From positions 70,864 through 134,863 of the forward strand of contig CAVQSP010000021.1 of assembly GCA_963715985.1 (NCBI GenBank): a stretch of DNA of 64,000 nt, in the 5' to 3' direction. The stretch is from an uncultured Thermoleophilia bacterium (GTDB lineage: Bacteria > Actinomycetota > Thermoleophilia > UBA2241). The notes under the pieces are model-generated. The model was not told the origin of the DNA. It did no database searches and saw only the letters and a list, made by a program, of their open reading frames with translations. Below, piece after piece: positions 10,332 to 19,845 of the stretch; position 1 is the first letter of the stretch; each line of letters starts with the position of its first letter. The translations under genes and the position numbers were made by a program.

Positions 10332-10643
10332 TGCGTGATGCTGTCTCATCGTCACCCGAGTGGACCGTCCGCAACGACCGCATCTGCACGCCGGCGGGCG
10401 AGCCGCTCCTCACTCCTGGGGCCATGGCTCGCGCGGGGTGGAATCCGATCATGCTGACAGCGGTGCTCTTCCTCGTCGTGACCCTGCTCGTGTTCGTTGC
10501 GGCGACCGTCGTCGCCAGGATTGGCAACGGCCCCCCGGGGGGAATGCCCCGCGCAAGCGGTCGACATGACGGCCGCCGGGGAAGAAGCTACGCTGGAGCC
10601 TGACCGGCGCCACGCTGGATCAGAAGACGCGAGGGAGCGAGCG

Positions 10644-11606
10644 TTGACCGACCACATCCTCACCGACCTCTCCCCGGCGGCCCTCGCCGCCGCCGTCCGG
10701 GCCAACCTGTACAGCTACTTCCGTCGCGCCGAGGCCTCCTCAGCAATGGACTTCGCGCGATTCGACGGGTTCGAACGCTGGGCGAGCGAGCACCCGTACG
10801 TTCTGCTCAACGGCGCGCTGTCGGTCCGCGACGCGACGGAGGGTGACGCTTGCGACATCGATGTCACGCTGGAGTACTTCAGGGAGGCGCGCAAGACGGC
10901 GATGACGTGGTGGCTTGAGGACGGCGTGGCGCTCGAAGGCTGGCGGCGCCTGCTGACCGAGCGTGGGTTCATGCACCTGGCCGGACGTCACGGCATGGCC
11001 CTGGACCTCGACGCGCTGCCGGACACCGTGTCGCTGCCCGACGGCGCCTCAGTGGGCAGGGCCACACACGCGGACAACCTGCGTCCGTGGGCCCGCATCG
11101 TCACCAGGGTGCTCGGGTGGTACCTCGAGTCCGAACGGGCGACGTTCGAGTGGGCGGCGAGCTTCGGGGTGCTGCTGCCGACGCTCAACTACCTGGCCTA
11201 CTTCCGCGGCAGACCGGTCGGGGCCTCGACCGTGCACTTCGGCGCCGGCGTCGCCGGCGTGTACAACGTGTGCGTGGAGCCGCAAGCGCGCCGCCACGGG
11301 CTGGGAGCCGCGCTCGTGGTCGCGTCCCTGCTCGAGGCACGCGAGCTCGGCTACCGGGCGGCTGTCGTCGCGCCCTCCGACGCGGGCCTGCCGCTCTTCG
11401 AGCACCTCGGCTTTCGCCGGCAGTGCCGGGTGGACTACTTCTTCCTCGGGCTGTCGGACTCGGCGCACCCCACGCAGTCGCCCATCTGTGACGCCCAGGC
11501 CCGACTGGCCGGCACGAAGATGGGCACCACGTCGTCGCTGAGCGAGCCGCGCCAGCCGGGTGGAGCCTGCGGCTCGGAGAGGCGACGGCACTGGGTGCCG
11601 TGGTGA
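10644..11606 (+). CDS. GNAT family N-acetyltransferase
   Basis: AGVYNVCVEPQARRHGLGAAL, GLPLFEHLGF. Confidence 0.8.
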   Translation: MTDHILTDLSPAALAAAVRANLYSYFRRAEASSAMDFARFDGFERWASEHPYVLLNGALSVRDATEGDACDIDVTLEYFREARKTAMTWWLEDGVALEGWRRLLTERGFMHLAGRHGMALDLDALPDTVSLPDGASVGRATHADNLRPWARIVTRVLGWYLESERATFEWAASFGVLLPTLNYLAYFRGRPVGASTVHFGAGVAGVYNVCVEPQARRHGLGAALVVASLLEARELGYRAAVVAPSDAGLPLFEHLGFRRQCRVDYFFLGLSDSAHPTQSPICDAQARLAGTKMGTTSSLSEPRQPGGACGSERRRHWVPW

Positions 11607-11614
11607 GCTGAGCG

Positions 11615-11787
11615 AGCACCTTCGCCCCGTGCGCCTGCCGCCAGGCGGCGGTGGCGTCGAAGAGCGGGCCGGGCCGGACGAAGATGACCGCCGCATGGCG
11701 CGGTGCACCTGCGGCGCCCCGCGCGAAGGCTCGACCAAGTCGTTGCCCGAGGTGAGGAGCACAGCGTCGAGCTTCGGCCCTTCGGCC
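11615..11787 (-). repeat. copy 1 of the DUF2075-gene 3' end (internally deleted)
   Basis: GCACCTTCGCCCCGTGCGCCTGCCGCCAGGCGGCGGTGGCGTCGAAGAGCGG matches 17040-17092; further pieces match ~17258-17310 and ~17519-17536. Confidence 0.8.
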
Positions 11788-11799
11788 TTGCGATCGCTC

Positions 11800-11867
11800 T
11801 TGACGTGTCCACGTTCGTGAGCAGAATTTCTCAGGGTACTGAGTAAATTGTAAACTACCTGCTCACG
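11800..11867 (+). promoter_or_regulatory. promoter with nested inverted repeats
   Basis: TTGACG(11800)...CAGAAT(11822); CGTGAGCAG(11816-11824)/CTGCTCACG(11859-11867) enclose AATTTCTCAG..CTGAGTAAATT. Confidence 0.55.
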
Positions 11868-11870
11868 GGC

Positions 11871-13043
11871 ATATTTGAACGATCCATTGTCTCCATTCTC
11901 GTTGACCGCCTCGGCGATGAGCGTCGCTTCGTGCAGGCGCTTCTCGGGCCGCGGCAGGTGGGCAAGACAACTGCCGTGTTGCAGTCTCGCGCCAAGCTCG
12001 AGGCACGCGGAGTCGGCTTCGTTCTCGCCTCAGGTGACGAACCGCTGCTGCCTGGGCCGGCGTGGGTCGACCAGCAGTGGGAGACGGCGCGTGCGTTGGC
12101 ATCCACCGGCCCGGTCGTCCTGGCCCTCGATGAGATCCACAAGTTGCCCGGCTGGGCCGGTCGCGTCAAGGCGAACTGGGATAGGGACACGCGAGATGGG
12201 ACGGACGTGCGTCTCGTCGTGCTGGGCTCATCTCCGCTTCTTGTTGGGCGACGCCTGGAGGAGTCACTCGCCGGACGCTTTGAGGTCGTCCCGGCGACGC
12301 ACTGGCGGTGGACGGAGTGTCGAGACGCGTTCGGGTGGGACGTGGAGACCTTTGTGTTCTTCGGAGGGTACCCGGGAGCCGCGCCGCTCATCGACGACTT
12401 CGCACGCTGGCGCCGCTACGTGCTGGATGCTCTCATTGAGACGACGGTGACGCGGGACGTGCTCTCGCTCGGGCGCATCGACAAGCCCGCGTTGCTGCGC
12501 CAACTGTTCTACCTGACCTGTGAGCTCTCCGGCCAGGTCGTCTCGTACTCCAAGCTCCTGGGACAGCTGCACGATGCCGGCAACACCACCACGCTGGCGC
12601 ACTACCTCCACCTGCTGGAGGAGGTCTGGCTGGCGTGCGGCGTGCCGAAGTACTCGGGGTCGGTGGTCCGCAAACGCTCCTCCAGCCCGAAGCTCCTGGT
12701 GCTGGACACGGCTCTCATGAGTGCCGTCAAGGGTCTGACGTTCGAGCAAGCCCGCGGCGATGCGGACTACTGGGGAAGGCTGGTTGAGACTGCGGCCGGT
12801 GCTCACCTCATGGCGCAGGCGCAGGTGGCGCCCAGGCGCGTCATGTACTGGCGGGAGCGAGACCTCGAGGTGGACTACGTTGTCGAGGAGCTTGGGCGAC
12901 TCAGCGCCGTCGAGATCAAGAGCGGCCGCGAGCGCGAGGGATCTCGTCGCGGTCTCGACGCCTTTCTGGCCCGCCATGCCGCCGCGGACGTCCGCCTCGT
13001 CGGCCCCGGCGGCACTCCCCTCGAGCAGTTCCTCGCGGAGTGA
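11871..13043 (+). CDS. AAA_14 ATPase with C-terminal DUF4143 nuclease-like domain (start uncertain)
   Basis: GPRQVGKTT Walker A, LDEIHK, VVLGSS, FGGYPG, WRERDLEVDYV...AVEIKSG. Confidence 0.88.
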   Translation: MFERSIVSILVDRLGDERRFVQALLGPRQVGKTTAVLQSRAKLEARGVGFVLASGDEPLLPGPAWVDQQWETARALASTGPVVLALDEIHKLPGWAGRVKANWDRDTRDGTDVRLVVLGSSPLLVGRRLEESLAGRFEVVPATHWRWTECRDAFGWDVETFVFFGGYPGAAPLIDDFARWRRYVLDALIETTVTRDVLSLGRIDKPALLRQLFYLTCELSGQVVSYSKLLGQLHDAGNTTTLAHYLHLLEEVWLACGVPKYSGSVVRKRSSSPKLLVLDTALMSAVKGLTFEQARGDADYWGRLVETAAGAHLMAQAQVAPRRVMYWRERDLEVDYVVEELGRLSAVEIKSGREREGSRRGLDAFLARHAAADVRLVGPGGTPLEQFLAE

Positions 13044-13050
13044 GCTCGAG

Positions 13051-13124
13051 CTACTGCAGCACCTTCGCCCCGTGCGCCTGCCGCCAGGCGGCGGTGGCGT
13101 CGAAGAGCGGGCCGGCTCCGGACG
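13051..13124 (-). repeat. copy 2 of the DUF2075-gene 3' end including the stop codon
   Basis: Encodes PLFDATAAWRQAHGAKVLQ* versus PLFDATAAWLQGHGVKVLE* at 17032. Confidence 0.85.
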
Positions 13125-13221
13125 GGCGGCGGGGCGCGCGGGGCACGCAGGATGCGTGCCGATCGCGCCCCGCCGCCCGGTCAGGAAACGCCCCCCGGCT
13201 TCTTGTCCGGGCTCGTCACGC

Positions 13222-14686
13222 TCACGGCATCTGCGCCGGGAGCCCCTTGGCCAGGTTGTAGTCGGTCGTCGCGCGCTCGCCCGAGAACGCCGTCAGGTTG
13301 GCGATCGCCTGCGCCTGGTTCGTCGACCACAGCGACGCGGCCGTGCTCTCCACGCCCGCAGCCTGCGCCAGCGTCGCGTTGAAGAACCCGTCGTAGGTGC
13401 TGCGGACCAGCCCGATGTAGTGCTTGTAGCGCAGCTCGCCGCCCACGGTGCCCTGCTTGTCGAGGCTATCGGCGACGGCCTTGAAGGCGCCGAAGGCCGT
13501 CTTGTTCGCCCACACGGACGGCACGCTCGTGATGCTGTCGTAGAACGGGGTGAGCCCGCTGGAGCAGGCGCGCGAGGGCGCGAACCAGAGCACGCCGCCC
13601 ACGCCGTCCGGCAGCCAGCTGCGCGCCTGGAACACCGCCGAGTAGTCGTTCCACGCGCAGCAGATGGGCCTGTCGGTCATGGCGTGCGGGGTCATCGTGG
13701 TGTAGCCGTTGGTCTGGTCGAGCGCGGTGCCCTCGTAGTGATAGCGATTGACCGCGACGATGCCGCTCACAGTGAGCCTGGTGTCTGCCGTCATGAACAC
13801 CGGTCGCGTGGCGTAGGGCATGGACACGTCGAACGTCCGCGAGGACGAGAGCACGTGCGCCGCGCCCCACAGGCGGTTGGTGTTGTACCAGTTCTGGAGA
13901 TCGTCGCGATTGCCGTAGGCCCAGGCGACGTCGAAGGGACCCTGGCTCGGGTCGTACAGGCCGAGGCTCTGCGCGAAGGTGACGAGGTCTGCGGAGCCGC
14001 GGAAGTTGTTCGTGTCGCTGAGGTCGACCTGGCGGATGCGCGGCATGTTGGGCTGCGCGTAGTACATGGTGTCGGGCACGCGCGCCGCCGCCCAGTGATG
14101 GCCGCCGAGCACCTCGACCGCCCACGCCTCGTTCTCGTCGATCATGCCGAAGCTGCCGGCCGCGTCGCCGCTGAAGCCGATGGTGTTGCCCCACTGGGCC
14201 AGCAGGTCGAGCGCCTGGCGGCAGGTGGCGGACTTGGCGAGGAGCTGGTCCCACATGTCCTTGCCGACGCCCTTGTTGGGATACGGGTCGGCGGCCTCGG
14301 CGACCGGGTTCAGTTCGGTGGCGACCCCGTAGCAGGCGGCGAACTGGCGCGTGTTGATGCCGCCCTCCGGGACGTTGCCGGAGGCGTTCAGCTTCACGAA
14401 GCCGTAGGTGGTGGAGGTCGCCGGGACGATCTCCAGCGGCACGTGGGTGTTGGCCGTCCAGTCGTTGTTGTAGCTCATGAGCACGGAGCCGTCGGCCGTG
14501 GCGCGCTTGCCGGCCAGCACGAACATGCAACGCTGATGCGGCGAGCCTGCGGCCGCCGCCCCTTGGCTGGGCCGCCGCCTGGTCGTGCCAGACGGCGGCG
14601 CCGCCGACGGCGGCCGCCAGCAGCGCCAGCAGCAGGAGCAGGAGGAGCGGGTGGCGGACGAGTGGTGTGCGCGCCAGCGGTCTCAT
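13222..14686 (-). CDS. secreted C69-family (dipeptidase/secernin) peptidase; frameshift near 14530
   Basis: Hydrophobic signal peptide; ACMFVLAGKRATADGSVLMSYNND; EGGIN; WAAARVPD; RYHYEGT; RPIC. Confidence 0.8.
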
Positions 14687-14893
14687 CGATGGAACCTCCC
14701 CGAAGGCGTCTCGGTCGCCGCTGTCCCCTCAGAAGGCGGCGCCGACTCTGCACGTCGCCTATCGGATTCGGCGCGCGGAGGAACTGAGTACACCGCGTTG
14801 TCTGATCAGACGCGAGGCCTTCCGCGTGGTCCTGGTGGTCGCCCGGGCAGGCTCGCCGGCAGCGAGACGGGCGGCGCTCAGGCGAGCTGTTTG

Positions 14894-14921
14894 ACCCCGT
14901 GCGCCTGCAGCCAAGCGGCGG
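14894..14921 (-). repeat. copy 3 of the DUF2075-gene 3' end (short)
   Basis: ACCCCGTGCGCCTGCAGCCAAGCGGCGG. Confidence 0.7.
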
Positions 14922-14946
14922 GACCGTCCAGCTTCCCCGGACTTCG

Positions 14947-15591
14947 TCACCAGGTCGCGGGCTTCGCGAGTCTTCTCCCGTCGGCCGCCGGCACGGGATC
15001 GGGCAGCAGATGCCCGGGCAGGCTTCTGGGGCTGATCTTGAAGAGGGCGTCGGCGTGACTACGGAAGGCCTGGTTGGACCGATAAGGAGGGAAGAGGCAG
15101 TAGAGCTTGAGCTCCGGTCGCAGCCGGCGCGCCGCATCGAGGGCCGGCAGAAGATCGGTATCGCCAGACACGAGTGTGAGCGCGGCACAGTCCCGTTGAG
15201 CCGCGGACTCGACTATGGCGGCGGCGATCGCGACGTCCGTTTCCTTCTCCTCGTGCCGCCTGAGGAGCACCTCGCAGGTCCGGGAGCGGTAGCGGATGTC
15301 CTTGGACTTGAACACGCCCAGATGCGGTGTGACGCCGGTCGTGCGCAGGGCGTCGATGTAGCGCTCGTGACGGGCAACGGTGCCGGGGCGTTTGCGCTCC
15401 AAGTGATGGGCCAGTGCGCTGAAGTAGTCGGATATGCTCGAGTCTGGCCCGGGTCGATGGCTGAAGTGCCGAGCGGCAGAGCGACCTCAGGTCCAGCCAG
15501 CGGCAGTCGACGCCGGACTTCTCGCCGGGTCTCCGCGCATGGAATGGTAGACGTTGAAGCCATCCACCACGAAGCGGACAGTAGTTGACAT
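14947..15591 (-). CDS. NYN (LabA/DUF88 PIN-fold) domain protein; frameshifted
   Basis: FVVDGFNVYHS, YFSALAHH, EEKETDVAIA, LVSGDTDLLPA, KPATW. Confidence 0.85.
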
Positions 15592-15599
15592 TGGCCCCC

Positions 15600-15702
15600 G
15601 AGAAGAAGAAGCCCCCGGGACCGTAGCCCCGGGGGGACCAGGAAGCCGGAGCCTCGCTGGCGATGACTCGTTCATGCTGCCACCGTGGCCGGTGGCAGTC
15701 AA
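15600..15702 (-). ncRNA. promoter plus putative leader ncRNA/terminator of the NYN gene
   Basis: Minus strand: TTGACT-17-CAGCAT, then GAGTCAT, a hairpin with C(UCCG)G loop, a hairpin CCCCCGGGGC-TACG-GTCCCGGGGG and a CTTCTTCTT tail. Confidence 0.55.
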
Positions 15703-15760
15703 TGCGCAGAGCCAGAGTGCCGGTTGACGTTCGCGAAGGTCGGCTGCGGACGGGTCGTGC

Positions 15761-15807
15761 CCAGCACCTTCACCCCGTGCGCCTGCAGCCAGGCGGCGGT
15801 GGCGTCG
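15761..15807 (-). repeat. copy 4 of the DUF2075-gene 3' end
   Basis: Encodes DATAAWLQAHGVKVL. Confidence 0.85.
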
Positions 15808-15812
15808 TCGCT

Positions 15813-15885
15813 TTGACAGCCCACCGGCACGCACCTAAACTGACCTTGGTCGGGTATTGCGTAGCGGTCCCCGGCCACTTTCTTT
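15813..15885 (+). ncRNA. putative small RNA antisense to the DUF3800 gene end, with its own promoter
   Basis: TTGACA(15813-18)-17-TAAACT(15836-41); hairpin TGGTCGGG...CCCGGCCA (15847-15877) followed by CTTTCTTT. Confidence 0.6.
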
Positions 15886-16200
15886 GGGCAAGACGACCAG
15901 CCCCGCGCCCTGCCATTGACCTGATGGGCCGTGGCGCAGCTTCTTGCGGACCACCTCCAGGTCAGGCTTGGGTTCCATCCCAGCGACCCAACGGCCGAGA
16001 GGCGTGACGACGAGGTCGGCGATCTCGAGTCCGGCTCCCCCGCTTGCTTTGGTCTCGAACTCGAAGGATGCGACGCGGCGGCGGAGGACATCTGGCCTGA
16101 CGTAGCGAGTGCCGTTCAGGCGCAGCATGTCCCAGGCGACGGTGAGTTCGCGATCGAGCCGTTGGGTGCGTGGCTCCACGTGGACGCGGCAGCACCGGCC
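15835..16200 (-). pseudogene. DUF3800-family protein, C-terminal fragment
   Basis: AGLEIADLVVTPLGR...GLVVLPK resembles the DUF3800 GLQxADL..PIGR...GLK.FP tail; N-terminus missing. Confidence 0.6.
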
Positions 16201-16248
16201 ACGAGGCGGCACGGTGACAGGTGAGAGGTAGACGATGCGCGGCGCCGC

Positions 16249-16341
16249 TTGACCGGGCGCTCGTGCCGGGCATAATGAATCCACTGTTCCCGCGCTCCGG
16301 CGCGGGCCGCGAAGCCGCCTCCGGGCGGCTTCTGCTTTTCT
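16249..16341 (+). ncRNA. promoter plus putative leader ncRNA/terminator of the NYN gene
   Basis: TTGACC-16-CATAAT; hairpins CCCGCGC-TCCG-GCGCGGG and GAAGCCGCC-TCCG-GGCGGCTTC followed by TGCTTTTCT. Confidence 0.6.
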
Positions 16342-16368
16342 CCAGCGAACGTCAACTGAGGGGATGAC

Positions 16369-17022
16369 GTGGATTCAGGCCGTCTGCGCACCGGCGTGTA
16401 CATCGACGGCTTCAACTTCTACTACGCCTCGTTCAGGCGCGCAGGTTTCGCGGCGTACAAGTGGCTGGACCTGGTGAGGTTCTGCGACGTCGCACTGCCG
16501 CGTAACCATGTCGAGTTCGTGCGCCTGTTCACTGCGCTACTCGACCCAGCGCGGGGGAGGGGGGCCCAGCGTGCGCGTCAAGACGCCTACCTCGCGGCCC
16601 TGGCGACGCTACCGCGGCTCTCGGTGCACTACGGCGAGTTTGCAGAGCACTCTCGGAGGCTCCGCCTGGTCCGTCCACGCCCCGGCGGGCCCGCCACTGC
16701 AGAGGTGTGGGTGCCGGAGGAGAAGGGATCGGACGTCAATCTGGCGTCGCATCTTCTGCTCGACGGCTTCCGCGACGCTTGCGATGTCGCCGTAGTCGTG
16801 TCCAACGACGCCGATCTTCTCGAACCGGTCAGGATCGCGCGAGACGAGCTCGGTAAGACGGTCGGTGTGCTGAGAGTGGAGGGTGGTCAAAGGAAGTGCA
16901 TCTTCGGGGGCCGAGTCGATTTCGTCCGCACCGTGCGACACGCGCACTTCGCTGCGGCTCAGCTTCCCACAACGGTGCGAGATAGGCGTGGTCGGCTCAT
17001 TGCGAAGCCGGCCGAGTGGTGA
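16369..17022 (+). CDS. NYN domain protein
   Basis: VYIDGFNFYY, KWLDL, EEKGSDVNLASHLLLD, VVSNDADL, KPAEW. Confidence 0.9.
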   Translation: MDSGRLRTGVYIDGFNFYYASFRRAGFAAYKWLDLVRFCDVALPRNHVEFVRLFTALLDPARGRGAQRARQDAYLAALATLPRLSVHYGEFAEHSRRLRLVRPRPGGPATAEVWVPEEKGSDVNLASHLLLDGFRDACDVAVVVSNDADLLEPVRIARDELGKTVGVLRVEGGQRKCIFGGRVDFVRTVRHAHFAAAQLPTTVRDRRGRLIAKPAEW

Positions 17023-17831
17023 GGTACCGGCCTACTCCAGCACTTTCACCCCGTGCCCCTGCAGCCAGGCGGCGGTGGCGTCGAAGAGCGGGTCGGGCGG
17101 GACGAAGATCACTGCCGCGTCACGCCCCCGCGTCAGCAGCACCCGATAGGCGTTGACCCGCAGCCGGTACGGGTCCTTGACGTGCGAGGCACGCGCGTGG
17201 CGCTTGGCGTACTCGTTTGTCCAGGCCTCGCGGCCGTGCCGATCGGCGGCGCGGACGAAGTCGTTGCCCCAGGCGAGGAGCACGGCGTCGAGCTCCAGGC
17301 CCTGGGCGCCGAACTCGGTGACGCACTGCGTGAGGGTGCGGCAAGAGCGCTGGTCGCCGTCGCCCTCGCCGTACCACGGGCCGAGCTGGAGGCGCTGCGT
17401 GGCGTGCCAGCCGTTGGGGATGCCCCAGTGCGTCTCCAGGACCTTGTCGCGGGAGGAGGCGAGGAGGCCGTAGCGGGCGTCCGGCGCCTCGGCGTAGCGG
17501 TCGTAGAGATAGTGTGCGGTGTGCCTGCGGCGCCCCACACGTTGGCCAGACTACGTCGGCTAATCGTTGGCGACGTCGAGGTCGCGCGTCATGCGCAGGT
17601 GGTAGCCGTCCTTCTCGAGGCTGGCGGCGAGCTCGCGACCGTGCACCGGGTCGTCGCCGTCGAGCAGGAGGTCGACCCACTGGTCGAGGTCGTCGGCGAA
17701 GTGGAAGCGCAGCTCGACGGTGAGCTCGAGGGCCGCGTGCGACTGCGTCCGCGCGGCCAGCTTCCTGCCTTCCGCATCGTCACCGCTGAAGAACTCGCGC
17801 AGCACCGCCTCCGGCGCGTGCACGGTCCAGC

Positions 17832-18196
17832 CGCCCGGGTCGCCGGCCTTCTCCAGTGCCGTGCGCCACTGCCCGAGGCCGGCCTCCTCGCCCACGTGGA
17901 TTTCCTGCCCTGAGCCGATGAGCCCCACGAGCACGCACCAGCCGGGGATGCGCTCGCCGAAGTCCACGAACGCCTCGGGCTCGCTCTTGGGGAACGGCAG
18001 GCTGTGCTTGGCCGTGAACTGCTCGAGGTCCCAGGCGCGCTGCGCCTCGTCGTAGACGATGACGTGCTGCGGCGGCACCGCTTTGGTGTCCCCGAGGTAC
18101 TGCTTCACGTAATTCTTGACGTCGCGGAGATTGCTGTCCCCGAGGTACTGCTTCACGTAGTTCTTGACGTCGCGGACGAAAGTCTTGCCACCGCCA
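17832..18196. repeat. left copy of the ~330-bp DUF2075-internal direct repeat bounding the island (partner 35366-35682)
   Basis: Long identical runs, e.g. TGCCCGAGGCCGGCCTCCTCGCCCACGTGGAT and GAGCCGATGAGCCCCACGAGCACGCACCAGCC, occur in both copies. Confidence 0.85.
18087..18176. repeat. 48-bp-period tandem duplication
   Basis: TGTCCCCGAGGTACTGCTTCACGTA(A/G)TTCTTGACGTCGCGGA twice; encodes [13 protein letters not shown] x2. Confidence 0.85.
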
Positions 18197-18272
18197 CAAC
18201 CTGGCCGGGTGGTGGGGGAGCGTCGCCCGCCGTGTTGTGGGTGCCGTCTCTCTGTCGTGTCATAATCGTCGC

Positions 18273-19350
18273 GTGGCTTCCTTCCGCTTCATCGACCTCT
18301 TTGCCGGCATAGGCGGCATGCGTCTTGGCTTTGAGCCCGTCGGTGGTCGGTGCGTCTTCACCAGTGAGTGGAACGAGAAGGCCCAGCAGACCTACCGCTC
18401 GAACTTCGGTGATGAGGAGATTGCGGAGACATCACCCAGATTCCCGCCGAAGACATCCCGGCTCACGAAGTTCTGCTTGCCGGCTTCCCCTGTCAGCCCT
18501 TCTCCATAGCGGGCGTTTCCAAGAAGAACGCCTTGGGCGCGTCGCCACGGCTTCTGTATCCCACGCAGGGCACGCTCTTCTTCGATGTGGCGCGCATCAT
18601 CGCCCATCATCAGCCGAAGGCGTTCCTGCTCGAGAACGTCAAGAACCTGACGTCTCATGATCGCGGGAACACCTTCCGGGTGATTCTGAACACCCTTCAG
18701 AAGGAGCTTGGCTACTCCATCACTTGGCGAGTAGTCGACGCGAAGGGGTTTGTGCCCCAGCATCGAGAGCGCATCCTGATTGCGGGATTCCGTGAACCGT
18801 CTGACTTCGGTTTCGACATAGTTGACATTCCAGATCCTGATTCTGGGCCCCGGCTGCCGATCTATCCTCATCCGGAGAACGGCACCGAGCCCGTCGAGCC
18901 GCGGTACACCAGGGGCGACAACGCCACGGTGCTCGACAAATACACTCTTACTCCTGGACTTTGGGACATCTGAGGGCTAGACGCGGCCAAGCATCGCGCA
19001 AAGGGCAATGGCTTCGGGTTTGGACTGGTGGGGCCGGACGACGTTGCTCGTACCCTGTCTGCCCGCTACTACAAGGATGGATCGGAGATTCTGGGTCCGC
19101 CGCGACCCCGATCGGCCGCGCCGTCTCACCCCGCGAGAATGTGCCCGTTTGATGGGCTTCGACCGAGCCGAGCGGGAACCGTTCGTCATCCCTGTTGTCT
19201 GACACACAGGCCTACCGGCAGTTTGGCAACGCGGTCGTCGTACCAGTCATTGGGGCGGTAGCTGCGGCGATGGCACCGTTCGTCACTGACGGCAACACGC
19301 TAGGCCTGTTGGCGCGTCGAGCCGTCGTCCCTGAGCAGCTCTTCGTTTGA
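18273..19350 (+). CDS. dcm: DNA (cytosine-5)-methyltransferase, Dcm-like; frameshifted
   Basis: [65 protein letters not shown]. Confidence 0.92.
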
Positions 19351-19369
19351 GCGCACGCGGCAGCCGGCC

Positions 19370-19845
19370 GTGACTGATATCACCTCTCCTGAGAAGCGCA
19401 GCCGGATGATGTCGACCATCCGCGGGAAGAACACGCGCCCGGAGATGATGGTGTGACGTGCGCTGTTTGAACGTGGCTTTCGCTATCGGTTGCACGCACG
19501 GTGCCTGCCCGGAACGCCTGATCTGGTTTTCGCTCGCTTTCGAGCTGCAGTCTTCGTTCACGGGTGTTTCTGGCATGGTCACGATTGCTCGTATTTCCGA
19601 TGGCCGGCGACCCGACCAGAGTTCTGGCGGGCAAAGATCACGAGGAATCAGGCAGTGGATCAGGTCGCGCGTCTGGCCCTTCGTGAGTCAGGCTGGAGGG
19701 TATTGACTGTGTGGATGCGCGCTCCGAGATTGCTCTGATGAACAGAGACAGGCCGTGTACGACGCCGCGGCTGACTGGCTGCGCGGCGACACGGCCGAGC
19801 TGCGAGCTCGAAGGCGACCTCGGGGGGGAGAATCCAGAATGAACG
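19370..19845 (+). CDS. vsr: very short patch repair endonuclease; frameshifted
   Basis: RSRMMSTIRGKNTRPE, LPGTPDLVF, VFVHGCFWHGH, FWRAKITRN, GWRVLTVW. Confidence 0.9.

Larger units (their letters stand above)
17032..18196 (-). pseudogene. DUF2075 (Schlafen group 3-like helicase) gene, C-terminal half
   Basis: VIVYDEAQRAWD, LVGLIGSGQEIHVGEE, TEFGAQGLELD, NAYRVLLTRGRD. Confidence 0.8.

Noticed and set aside
10451-10610. Short hydrophobic ORF (MLTAVLFLVVTLLVFVAA...) as a type I toxin or membrane peptide
   Set aside because: No clear end, antisense RNA or recognisable family; insufficient support
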